Positions 18,642 through 28,525 of a stretch of DNA of 64,000 nucleotides are shown piece by piece. The notes below the pieces were generated by a model that made no database searches, had not been told where the DNA came from, and worked only from the letters and a program-made list of their open reading frames with translations. Origin of the DNA: Bacteroidales bacterium (lineage in GTDB: Bacteria; Bacteroidota; Bacteroidia; Bacteroidales; VadinHA17). Each line of letters starts with the position of its first letter. Position 1 is the first letter of the stretch. The stretch is from NCBI GenBank assembly GCA_046329885.1, contig JAXLTU010000010.1, forward strand, positions 23,734 through 87,733, read 5' to 3'. Position numbers and translations under genes: made by a program.

Positions 18642-21170
18642 ATGCGGTTATCTGAGTTAAATAACAATCAGAAGGGGCTTATCACGAAGGTTTTAGGTCA
18701 TGGTGCCTTTCGCAAGAGGATCACGGAAATGGGATTCGTGAGAGGTAAGACTGTCAGGGTCATAAAAAGTGCACCTTTGCAGGATCCTGTTGAATACGAG
18801 ATACTGGGTTATAACATTTCGTTGCGTCGCAGCGAGGCACACCTCATAGAGGTTATTCCCGGCGATGATACAACGAGACCGGTATCCGTCGATTACGAGG
18901 GGACTCTTGTTGAAGAGACAGGAAATGGTATCAATTCCGAGAAAGGAAATGTAATAAATGTTGCCCTGGTGGGGAATCCCAACAGTGGTAAAACAACCTT
19001 GTTCAATCATGCTTCCGGATCAAGGGAGAAAGTGGGAAACTATGGTGGGGTAACAGTAGATGCCAAGGAGGCAGCAATCAGGAAAAATGGTTTCATAATT
19101 AACATCACCGACCTCCCGGGAACCTATTCAATAACGGAATACACACCCGAGGAGCTTTTTGTCCGCGACCACATTATTTCTAAAATGCCTGATGTCGTTG
19201 TCAACGTGATAGATGCATCTAACCTCGAAAGGAATCTCTTTCTGACAACTCAGCTGATAGACATGAACATAAGGGTAATAATCGCCCTTAACATGTATGA
19301 CGAGCTTGAACAAAAAGGTATTTCACTCGATCATCAGAAATTGGGAAAACTGATGGGAATTCCAATCATCCCGACTGTCGCGGTGAAGGGTCTTGGCATT
19401 GATAATCTGGTTACAAAAATTACAGAAGTATTCGAAGACAAGGATCCGGTCTTACACCATATTCACATTAACTATGGATCGAGCATAGAACAATCTATTG
19501 CTTCAATCCAGTCCGGGTTGAAGAAAAACAAGGAGCTAACTGACAGGTACTCGTCAAGATATCTGGCAATAAGGCTTCTGGAAAACGACAAGACAATTAT
19601 TGACCTTGCCGGTAACTGTTCTAACCACGAGAACATTATAAGAACATGTGAAGCCGAAAGGAACAAGCTTGAAAAGGAGTTTAAAGACAGGCCGGAAACA
19701 GTAATTACAGATGCCAAATATGGATTCATTTCTGGCGCGCTTGGTGAAACCTGTATCGGGTGCCAGGAAAACACGCCGGGCAGGAAACGAAATTATGACG
19801 TTTTGCTGACCCACAAGGTATGGGGCTACCCTGTTTTCCTTGCTATCATGTGGCTCATGTTCCAGGCAACTTTTACCCTGGGCAGTTACCCGATGAACTG
19901 GATAGAGAAGGGGGTTGACCATATCGGGAATGCAGCGAGTGGTATTTTACCCTCCGGTTTTCTTCATGATCTTGTAATTGATGGGATAGTGAGCGGGGTT
20001 GGAGGTGTGATTATCTTCCTGCCTAACATATTGATATTGTTCTTTTTTATCTCGCTGATGGAAGATACAGGATATATGGCAAGGGTCTCTTTCATCATGG
20101 ACAAGCTCATGCACAAGATCGGCCTGCACGGGAAATCCTTCATTCCCCTGCTCATGGGCTTCGGATGCAATGTACCAGCCATCATGGCAACCCGGACCCT
20201 TGAAAATAAGAAGGACAGGATAATCACGATGATGATTATACCATTCATGTCATGCAGTGCCAGACTACCGGTATATGTACTTATTATTTCCGCATTCTTC
20301 CAGAAATACCAGGGATTGGTGCTTTTCTCAATCTATATAACCGGGATAATCTTCGCGGCCCTTATGGCCATAGTACTCAACAAGACTCTTTTCTCGAAAC
20401 AGGATATACCTTTCGTAATGGAGTTGCCTCCCTACCGTATACCCACAATAAAAAACACCTTCAGGCACATGTGGTTCAAGGGGTCACAGTACCTGAGGAA
20501 GATGGGCACGGTCATTTTGGTCGCTTCTGTCATTATCTGGGCTCTGGGTTATTACCCGAGGAAGGTAAATTTCAGTGCTGATTATGACGGCCAGATCGCG
20601 GAGTTAAAAATGTCACCCGCTCACCAAAGCCAGGAAGCAAAAAGCAAGATAAGGGAGCTCGAATTATCAAAAAAGGCCGAACAGCAGGAGCAGTCATATA
20701 TTGGCAGGCTTGGAAGATTTATCGAGCCCGCGATCAAACCCCTGGGCTTCGACTGGAAAATCGGGATAAGCATAATCACGGGTTTTGCCGCCAAAGAGAT
20801 AGTTGTAGGGTCAATGTCTGTTCTTTACCATGCTGACACTGGACAGGATGAAGATTCCTCTTCGCTTGTAGAAAAGCTCAGGCAGCAAGAGCATGTAAGT
20901 GGAAGCAGGAAGGGAGAAAAAGTGTTCACACCTGTTGTCGCCTTCGGGTTCATGCTTTTCGTGCTCATTTACTCTCCATGCGTGGCAGCAATAACGGCAA
21001 TTCGGAAGGAGTCGAACAGGTCGTGGGCCTTGTTTTCATTCGCTTACACGACGATCCTGGCATGGGTAGTCGCTTTCATAGTGTACCAGGCCGGGTTTAT
21101 TGCTTACCTGAAAAACATACTACTGTCCCGACAAGGAGAAAAGTGCAGGGTATATGAAATGATTGCTTGA
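18642..21170 (+). CDS. feoB: ferrous iron transporter FeoB with N-terminal FeoA domain (FeoAB fusion)
   Basis: 842 aa. The FeoA-like SH3 segment is GLITKVLGHGAFRKRITEMGFVRGKTVRVI. G-domain motifs are GNPNSGKTTLFN and DLPGTYS. A polytopic permease domain follows. Confidence 0.92.
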   Translation: MRLSELNNNQKGLITKVLGHGAFRKRITEMGFVRGKTVRVIKSAPLQDPVEYEILGYNISLRRSEAHLIEVIPGDDTTRPVSVDYEGTLVEETGNGINSEKGNVINVALVGNPNSGKTTLFNHASGSREKVGNYGGVTVDAKEAAIRKNGFIINITDLPGTYSITEYTPEELFVRDHIISKMPDVVVNVIDASNLERNLFLTTQLIDMNIRVIIALNMYDELEQKGISLDHQKLGKLMGIPIIPTVAVKGLGIDNLVTKITEVFEDKDPVLHHIHINYGSSIEQSIASIQSGLKKNKELTDRYSSRYLAIRLLENDKTIIDLAGNCSNHENIIRTCEAERNKLEKEFKDRPETVITDAKYGFISGALGETCIGCQENTPGRKRNYDVLLTHKVWGYPVFLAIMWLMFQATFTLGSYPMNWIEKGVDHIGNAASGILPSGFLHDLVIDGIVSGVGGVIIFLPNILILFFFISLMEDTGYMARVSFIMDKLMHKIGLHGKSFIPLLMGFGCNVPAIMATRTLENKKDRIITMMIIPFMSCSARLPVYVLIISAFFQKYQGLVLFSIYITGIIFAALMAIVLNKTLFSKQDIPFVMELPPYRIPTIKNTFRHMWFKGSQYLRKMGTVILVASVIIWALGYYPRKVNFSADYDGQIAELKMSPAHQSQEAKSKIRELELSKKAEQQEQSYIGRLGRFIEPAIKPLGFDWKIGISIITGFAAKEIVVGSMSVLYHADTGQDEDSSSLVEKLRQQEHVSGSRKGEKVFTPVVAFGFMLFVLIYSPCVAAITAIRKESNRSWALFSFAYTTILAWVVAFIVYQAGFIAYLKNILLSRQGEKCRVYEMIA

Positions 21171-21172
21171 AA

Positions 21173-21832
21173 TCAGAGCTGGTCAACAATAAGCCCGTCT
21201 TTGATCTGGACCACGCGGTCTGACATCCCGGCCAGTTGCCGGTCGTGAGTAACGATTATTATTGTTTGGCCAAACGTGTCGCGAAGCCTGAAGAATAATT
21301 TGTGAAGCTCATCCTTGTTTTTTGTATCAAGGTTACCTGACAGTTCATCGGCAAGGATAACCGAGGGGCTGTTCACCAGTGCCCTGGCAACAGCAACCCG
21401 CTGCTGTTCTCCACCACTTAGTTGCGATGGCTTGTGATCGAGCCTGTCTCCAAGGCTGAGAAAAGCAAGAAGTTCGGTGGCCCTGCTCTCCGCGGTCTGC
21501 CTGGTTTTGCCAGATATATAAGCCGGTATGCAGACATTTTCGAGGGCGGTGAATTCAGGGAGTAGCTGATGAAACTGGAAAACAAACCCGATATTGTTAT
21601 TCCTGAACGAGGCAAGCTGTTTACCCCTGAGCTTGCCAATGTCGGTATTATTATAAAGAATCTCACCGGAATCTGGCACATCGAGGGTTCCAAGAATCTG
21701 AAGAAGGGTTGTCTTCCCGGCGCCGCTGGCACCGACAACAGAGACTACTTCTCCTTTATTTATTTCAAGGTTAATACCTTTCAGGACTTTGAGATCCCCG
21801 TAGGCTTTTCTGATGCCGGTGGCTTTTATCAT
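21173..21832 (-). CDS. ABC transporter ATP-binding protein, LolD/MacB-ATPase-like
   Basis: 219 aa. It has Walker [10 protein letters not shown], the signature [15 protein letters not shown], Walker B VILADE and an H-loop VTHD. No permease gene is adjacent. Confidence 0.9.
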   Translation of the reverse strand: MIKATGIRKAYGDLKVLKGINLEINKGEVVSVVGASGAGKTTLLQILGTLDVPDSGEILYNNTDIGKLRGKQLASFRNNNIGFVFQFHQLLPEFTALENVCIPAYISGKTRQTAESRATELLAFLSLGDRLDHKPSQLSGGEQQRVAVARALVNSPSVILADELSGNLDTKNKDELHKLFFRLRDTFGQTIIIVTHDRQLAGMSDRVVQIKDGLIVDQL

Positions 21833-21843
21833 TTTTCTCGTGT

Positions 21844-22389
21844 TCAGCTCACGCTGTGCGCCGGGTCACCCTGACCCTGGTCATGCACTTCGGGTTTAAC
21901 GCCGGTACTGTCATCTGCAACCGGTGTTTCCGCATCATTTGAAGCAACAGCTGGATCTGCAGGTTGAGCAACCGGTCGGTCATAATTATATGTATCCTGG
22001 TAGCTGTAATTAGCTGAGTCGTTTGTTGATGGACCAGACTGATTAATAGACTGGTTCATATCATCAACGCTTTTCTGCAAATTATCAGCAGCCTGTTGTA
22101 AATCGTTATTTATAGAGCTTGTAGCGTCATCAACCTGGCGTTGAACGTTGTTTGCCACTTCGGTGGCGTCGCGGGTTAGTGATTCACCAACCTCGGTCAT
22201 CTCCTTTCTTATCTCCCGGGTGCTTTCTTCTATCTCTCGTCTGATCTCGTCAGTTGCTTTTCTAAAGTCGCGCATACCCTTCCCTATTCCCCTTGCAATC
22301 TCTGGTATCTTGTCTGCCCCGAACAGGAGAAGCACGACAAGCATAATAACAAAGATTTCCTGCCCGCTCACGAATAATAGTGTTCCCAT
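21844..22389 (-). CDS. tatA: twin-arginine translocase TatA/E-family subunit with ~130-aa acidic C-terminal extension
   Basis: The ATG at 22389 gives [45 protein letters not shown], the TatA TM plus amphipathic-helix signature. The ORF could start at 22410. Confidence 0.75.
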   Translation of the reverse strand: MGTLLFVSGQEIFVIMLVVLLLFGADKIPEIARGIGKGMRDFRKATDEIRREIEESTREIRKEMTEVGESLTRDATEVANNVQRQVDDATSSINNDLQQAADNLQKSVDDMNQSINQSGPSTNDSANYSYQDTYNYDRPVAQPADPAVASNDAETPVADDSTGVKPEVHDQGQGDPAHSVS

Positions 22390-22572
22390 TAACTCTGTTT
22401 TGTTATGCAAATTTATAAAGATTCATAACACTGCCTTGTTAGTGGCAATCTTTAATGAATAATTAACATCTCGGCCCGTGTTAAAAAAAATATCATAAAA
22501 GGGGGAAAAAGACGTTTGAGCAATATACCTGTTCTTACTAATAGAATAACTTTGCCCGATAAACATTTTGCC

Positions 22573-23198
22573 ATGGAAATGTCCGATACCACTCAAGTAA
22601 CTAACGTGATGGAACTGCTCATGAAAGGAGGGGTTATCATGATCCCGATACTCCTGCTTTCCATCCTGAGTATTTACCTGTTCATAGAAAGATTCATATA
22701 TATAAGGAATGCCACGACTATTGATGAGAACTCTGTAAGTTCATTCTGGGTATATTGAAAAGCGGTAAAAAAACCGGGGCTCTCGAGGCCCTCAAGCAGA
22801 ATGATAATGCTACCTCAAGGATACTTGCAAGCGGCTTCGAACAAGTCGGGAAACCGGTAAAGGAAGTGGAGGATTTTGTTGAATCGGCAACGAATCTCGA
22901 GATATCACTCATGGAAAAGGACCTTGGTTATCTTGGAATAATTGCAGGTGTGGCCCCCATGCTTGGTTTTATTGGTACAATATCAGGCGTCATCAAGATT
23001 TTTTACAACATTTCACTGGCTGATAACATCAGCATTGGTATAATAGCAGGCGGACTTTACCAGAAAATGATATGCAGCGGAGTGGGTCTTATAGTCGGTG
23101 TAATAGCTTATTCTGCATATCATTACCTCCAGATGAAAATAGACAGGTATACTATATCACTGCAAAAGAATATTATTGATTTCCTGAAAGTCATCTGA
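22573..23198 (+). pseudogene. exbB: MotA/TolQ/ExbB proton-channel protein, split by one frameshift (or a sequencing error)
   Basis: ORF 22516-22758 encodes the N-terminal TM segment GGVIMIPILLLSILSIYLFIERF. ORF 22755-23198, in another frame, encodes the rest, including GYLGIIAGVAPMLGFIGTISGVI. The second frame is already open from 22728 (ELCKFILGILKSG). Confidence 0.8.
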
Positions 23199-23199
23199 A

Positions 23200-23604
23200 A
23201 TGAAGATAAGGCGAAACAGGCAGTTCCGGGCAGAGGTGAGCACCTCGTCATTGAATGACATCATGTTCTTCCTGCTCCTATTTTTCCTTATAGTTTCCAC
23301 CCTGGCAAACCCTAATGTGATAAAGCTTCTTCTTCCATCGTCTAATGCAGCCCAGAACATCAACAAACAACAGGTTACGATCTCGGTAACTGAAAACCTT
23401 GAGTATTATATCGACAACCGGCAGGTTTCATTAACCCAGATAGAAGACATACTTAAGCAGAGGCTTTCTAACGTGGAAGAGCCTACCGTTGTATTGCGAT
23501 TTGCATACAACCTTACAATCCAGGATCTTATTGACGTCCTTGAAATTGGAACGAGGATGAAGGTCAAGATGGTGCTGGCAACTAACAAGAAGGACAATAA
23601 ATAA
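23200..23604 (+). CDS. exbD: ExbD/TolR biopolymer transport protein
   Basis: 134 aa. The N-terminus has SSLNDIMFFLLLFFLIVS (ExbD TM signature) and a periplasmic domain follows. It starts 1 nt after exbB. Confidence 0.85.
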   Translation: MKIRRNRQFRAEVSTSSLNDIMFFLLLFFLIVSTLANPNVIKLLLPSSNAAQNINKQQVTISVTENLEYYIDNRQVSLTQIEDILKQRLSNVEEPTVVLRFAYNLTIQDLIDVLEIGTRMKVKMVLATNKKDNK

Positions 23605-23817
23605 ACTCTTTCATTACCTGCACAAGTCCTTATCGGGTATTTACCATTACTCTTTAGCCTGCCCCATGATTCATTGGGCAGAATTACCTGATACTATCGT
23701 TTATCACCGATTCTATAGCATGTTCATTCCTGCAATCCATTCTTGATTTGAGCATTATTAACACTAAGCCGGGACAAAAGTATCTTTCTATCTGGCTTCA
23801 GTAACGGCTGGAAATGA

Positions 23818-23847
23818 AAGAGGGTGTCTCGTCAGAAACACCCTCTT
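23818..23847. terminator. hairpin between convergent exbD and secDF (AAGAGGGTGT-N10-ACACCCTCTT)
   Basis: Perfect 10-bp stem with a 10-nt loop. It lies 24 nt beyond the reconstructed secDF stop at 23871, and both flanks are A/T-rich. Confidence 0.6.
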
Positions 23848-23870
23848 CATTATGATTTAATTTTACAGTA

Positions 23871-26800
23871 TTATTCTGTTTTAGCTTTGGCCTCAGGCAG
23901 TTCTGCATCCTTGTTCTTCGTGGTGTCGTACGCAGGCATCAACGGCGCTTGATGAACGCATTAGTAAACACACCTGTCCCGATACCGATCATGAGGGCAA
24001 ACATGAAGCCCCGGATAACCGCTCCGCCGAAGAAGAAGATCGCGAAGATTGTTAGCATAACGGTAAGGGTGGTGTTGATGGTTCTGCTAAGTGTCGAGTT
24101 CATAGCCATGTTGAGGACCTCTTTCATCGGGCGTTTCCTGTAAATAGGCAGGTATTCCCTTAACCTGTCGAACACGATTACCGTGTCGTTGATCGAGAAT
24201 CCGATCACGGTCAGGATCGCCGCTATGAATGCCTGGTCTATCTCCATCGAGAACGGAAGAACTCCCCAGAGCAGTGAATAAGTACCCATAACGAGGAGAA
24301 CGTCATGAACAAGTGACATAACAGCACCAAAACCGTACTGCCATCTGCGGAACCTCAGGAATATATAGAGGAACATCAGGATAAGTGAAATTGCAACGGA
24401 ATAATAAGCGTTGATCTTTATATCAGCTGCAACGACCGGACCCACCGTTTCGGAACTTTTCCTGTACTTTGAAAGGAATTCATCCTTGGTGATGTTTCCA
24501 CCTACCATACCTTTGAGCCCCACGTAGAGAAGAGAATCTACTTCATCTTCCGCACCGGTCTGGTCAATCTTGTATTTGGTGGTGATTTTCACCTGGTTCT
24601 CGTTACCGTAAGTAACAACCTGGGGAAGTTCTCCAAACACGCCAGTAAGGTTTTTAGCCACTTCCTCGGTGACTGCCTTGTTGTCAAACCTGACGACATA
24701 GGAACGACCTCCCGTGAAGTCAATGCCAGGGTTCAAGCCCCTGACGAATAGAGAAACACCCCGGCGAGCAGGATAATTGCTGAACCAGCGTAGAAGTATT
24801 TTCTCATACCGATAAAATCGATCTTGGTATGCCTGAATACTTCAGCAGTTATTTTTATAGAGAATGTGAGATTAGCATTCTTTTTCAAGAGGTACTCGTA
24901 AATAAGACGTGTAACGAGTATCGATGTGAACATAGAGGTAAGGATACCAATAACAAGAGTTGTCGCGAAACCTTTGATAGGACCTGTTCCATTAAGGTAA
25001 AGAACGATACCTGTAAGGATCGTTGTAACGTTCGAGTCGATAATAGCTGAATAAGCCATTTTGTACCCGTCAGCGATGGCAAGTTTTATGCCCTTCCCAT
25101 GCCTCAATTCCTCCCTGATCCTTTCGTAAATAAGAACGTTCGCATCGACCGCCATACCCATGGTGAGTACTATACCAGCGATACCGGGCAGGGTAAGAAC
25201 AGCGTTAAGTGATGCAAGCACCCCGAACAAGAGGAACACGTTGAAGAACAAAGCGATATCGGCGATAGTACCCGCGCTCTTGCTATAATAGAAGATCATG
25301 AAGCCAAGCACGAGAAGGAAGGCGATAATGAAAGATACGAAACCAGAGTTAATAGCTTCCTTACCAAGAGTTGGACCAACAACTGTATCTGAAATGATTG
25401 TTGCCGGGGCCGGGAGTTTACCTGACATGAGGATATTCGAAAGGTCAGTTGCTTCTTCTATGGTAAAATCGCCTGTTATTTCAGTACTTCCACCCGTAAT
25501 TTCAACCTGCACTCTCGGGAAAGATCTCACGTAACCATCAAGAACAACAGCAATACAACGGCCAATATTCTCCCTTGTCATCCTTGCCCAGGTCTTCGCA
25601 CCTTCCGCGTTCATATTCATGTGAACCTGAACATCAGATGCTATTACACCTGACGCGGGTCTTGCACCGGTTACAACGCTGCCGTCGAGTGGTGCCCTGC
25701 CATCTCTGGTGGTCACCTTGATAGCATGTAACTCGTACATTGACTTGCTATCGTCGTATTTATAAGGGTTCTGGCTCCACTTGAACCTGACATCACGAGG
25801 GAACAAAGCCCTGATCTGGGGCATATGCAGATAGTCATTCACGGTTGCTGTATCCCTGAAATTCGAGAATCCGACGAGGCTGCCTGAATAAGGCTGACCC
25901 TGCTGATCCACATGCGGTCTGAGTACTCCGAACAATGGGTTCTGTGCAGTGAACTGTTCGAGATTCTGAGATTCTTTCGCTGCAGTGGTGTCTTTTTTAA
26001 TCAGATCGAGAAGCGATTGATCTTTCTTCGTGGTATCGGCTTTAGCAACACCGGGAGTAACATTCTTCAGAGAATCAGCTTTAGCGGCTTCAGTCACTTT
26101 CAGAGTCTTGAGCAGCTCGTTAGCCTGCGACAGGTAACCAATTAATTCGCCATTTTCGTAGGTCTCCCAGAATTCGAGATTGGCAGTACCCTGTAACAAC
26201 TCCCTTACACGTTTCGGATCAGTCACACCCGGCAGTTCAATAAGTATCCTTCCTTTTGTTGAAAGCTGGGTAATATTAGGCTGGGTAACACCGAACCGGT
26301 CTATCCTGGTCCTGAGGATGTTAAAAGCGTTGGTGATGGCAGTATTCATTTCGCCATCAAGAACTTTAAGAACATCCTCGTTTGTGGAGTTGAAATTCAC
26401 TTTCTCCTTAAGTTCAACAGTACCAAAGATTGCTGCCAGCCTGGCATTGGGGTCAATCTGGTTGAACGATTCGCCGAATAGAGTAAGAAAATCCAATTGC
26501 GATTCAGTCTGGCGTTTTTTAGCCATCGCCAGGGCTTCATTGAATGTCTTGTCAGGATTATAATTTGACAGAGCCCTGAGTATATCCTCTACTGATACTT
26601 CGAGAATAACGTTCATACCTCCTTTTAGGTCGAGACCGAGGTTAAGCTCTTTTTTCAAACACTCTTTAAATGTGTATTTGCCGAAAGCTCCACTTATCTT
26701 TTGGAAGCATGGAAATAGAGTCAATATAGGCTGACTCCTTCACCAGGTCACCCTTTGCATAATTCTTGGCGTCGCTTTTTACCTTGTAGGTAGCCCCTGT

Positions 26801-26872
26801 GAATGAAAGCTGGTAAATTGAAACCAGTCCCAGAGCAACTGCCAGAAGAATGATAGCACCTTTGTTTTGCAT
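23871..26872 (-). pseudogene. secDF: fused protein-export membrane protein SecDF, interrupted by three frame changes (or sequencing errors)
   Basis: Four colinear pieces in different frames. 26872-26666 is the N-terminus (MQNKGAIILLAVALGLVSIYQLSF). 26724-24733 is SecD (LNLGLDLKGGMNVILEV). 24736-23939 is SecF (LNPGIDFTGGRSYVV). A 25-codon tail in a third frame runs to the TAA at 23871-23873 (APLMPAYDTTKNKDAELPEAKAKTE). Total length of about 1000 codons fits Bacteroidota SecDF fusions. Confidence 0.85.
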
Positions 26873-26984
26873 CTGTTCTCTTTTTAGGATTATTCTGAAT
26901 TATAAGTTTTTCTATAATGAGGCGCAAAGATAAAAAAAATTGCATATACACTCAACTAAACATAAATGAATTAATTGAAACAAG

Positions 26985-27012
26985 AATGGCCACGCTGGTA
27001 AGCATGGCCATT
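26985..27012 (-). terminator. hairpin downstream of the TolC-family gene (AATGGCCA-N12-TGGCCATT)
   Basis: 8-bp perfect stem, 22 nt after the stop at 27034. On the minus strand it is followed by CTTGTTTCAATT. Confidence 0.45.
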
Positions 27013-27033
27013 GCCCGTTAAACTCGTGTATAC

Positions 27034-28515
27034 TTACTGAAGGAGTTTCTCGTAATCAGTCTCGATACCCTTGCGCTGAATAAAATCGTATGATGTAAGT
27101 AACCTCATGTTATAATAATAGTTCCAGTAATTCTGAAGAGCCTGTATGTATGCTCTCCTGTTCTGGTCCTTCCTCGAATCGGCGTCGTTAAGATCAAGTA
27201 CAGCTATTTTACCGATAAGAAAGCGTTGCTTGGTTACCTCGTATCTTTTCATAGCCACAGTATCCGACTTGGCAGCAATTGCCACCTGGTTCTTCTGGAG
27301 ATTGAACTGCTCGACATCGAGGAACAGGTTCTGTTCAAAGTCAGCCAGTGCCTGTTGCACCTGAACCTGGGTCAATTCCATGCTCGATTTGGCCATTTTA
27401 TATTTACCACGACCAAGTCCCCAGTCAAGAATAGGCATTGTAAACCTTACCATGACACTTTGTTGCTGGTTCGACTGGGCATAGGCAAGGCTGAAATCTT
27501 TGGCCGCTTGGTCCCTGGGGGATGATGCCGTCAGGTTAGCGTTCAGACCCTTTTCCGCTTTCGCCTGAGCGAGGTTGCTCTGCGCGTTAAGAAGGTTAAT
27601 CTGCTGGGTCATCAGATCGGGGTTATTCTGCTTGGCCAGGGTCAGCACCTCCTGCAGGTCAACCTGAAGCTGCGGAACCTCGTTGGGAATAATCAGCTCT
27701 ATTCTCACGTTGTCGTTGAAACCGAGGAATGATCTAAGCCTGATCTCCCTGTCGCGAAGGTTCATTTCTGCTTCCTTCCTTGCTGTTTCCGTGTTCAGGT
27801 AAGAAAGCTGCATCTGCAGTAGTTCGTCCTCGGCAATTGTACCAAGCTGATATCTTCCTTTGGCAATCCGGTATAACGTGTCAGCGTTTGAATAGTTCAT
27901 CTCGGAAATCTGCTTGTTAATCTGAGCAAGTGCCAGCGAGAAGAAGTTTCTCACGGCGTCGATATGAACCTGTTCTATGTTTGACAGGAAGGTCTTCTTG
28001 GCCATCTCGTACCTCATCGGTTCGATCTTCTTTTGCCATTTAAGTGAGTTATACCTGAATATCGGCTGGTTCAGATCGATTGTGACTGGCGATGTGATGT
28101 ACTTGCGAGTATCCCTTTCAAAATCATTCTCGAGTGTGAGGTTCGAGTTAAGTGAAATGGAACCGCCGGTGAAACCTATATTCTGTGCCAGAGATAACTG
28201 CCCGAGGTTCCTCAGGATGTTTGTTGACTGGTATTCATAGTTCTTAATAACCGAGTTCCAAACCCTTTCGTAAGCTGTACTATAGCTTGGGGTTGTTCCT
28301 GACAGGGTAAGTGAAGGCCTGTACTGCGCGATGAAGGTCCTGTACTGCCAGTATGAAGCACGGAACCTGTGCTTCGCGATATAGGCTTGTGGCGATTGCT
28401 CCTCGGCAATCCTGATAACCTCGTTAAATGTCAGTCTCTTTATCTCCTGTCCAAAAGTCCTGAAAGGAAGGGAGAATGTTAGCAATAAAGCTGCTGCAAT
28501 AAATATCCTTTTCAT
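27034..28515 (-). CDS. TolC-family outer-membrane efflux protein
   Basis: 493 aa with a signal peptide (MKRIFIAAALLLTFSLPF). It shows the two-repeat coiled-coil/beta-barrel pattern of outer-membrane efflux proteins. It is the last gene of the second efflux set. Confidence 0.8.
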   Translation of the reverse strand: MKRIFIAAALLLTFSLPFRTFGQEIKRLTFNEVIRIAEEQSPQAYIAKHRFRASYWQYRTFIAQYRPSLTLSGTTPSYSTAYERVWNSVIKNYEYQSTNILRNLGQLSLAQNIGFTGGSISLNSNLTLENDFERDTRKYITSPVTIDLNQPIFRYNSLKWQKKIEPMRYEMAKKTFLSNIEQVHIDAVRNFFSLALAQINKQISEMNYSNADTLYRIAKGRYQLGTIAEDELLQMQLSYLNTETARKEAEMNLRDREIRLRSFLGFNDNVRIELIIPNEVPQLQVDLQEVLTLAKQNNPDLMTQQINLLNAQSNLAQAKAEKGLNANLTASSPRDQAAKDFSLAYAQSNQQQSVMVRFTMPILDWGLGRGKYKMAKSSMELTQVQVQQALADFEQNLFLDVEQFNLQKNQVAIAAKSDTVAMKRYEVTKQRFLIGKIAVLDLNDADSRKDQNRRAYIQALQNYWNYYYNMRLLTSYDFIQRKGIETDYEKLLQ

Positions 28516-28525
28516 ATTGAATTGA

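Noticed and set aside
26666-26951. Two small ORFs (68 and 67 aa) upstream of the long SecD ORF, which could be taken as separate small genes
   Set aside because: ORF 26666-26872 is the genuine SecDF N-terminus (MQNKGAIILLAVALGLVSIYQLSF), displaced by a frame change. ORF 26748-26951 overlaps it in another frame and has no features.
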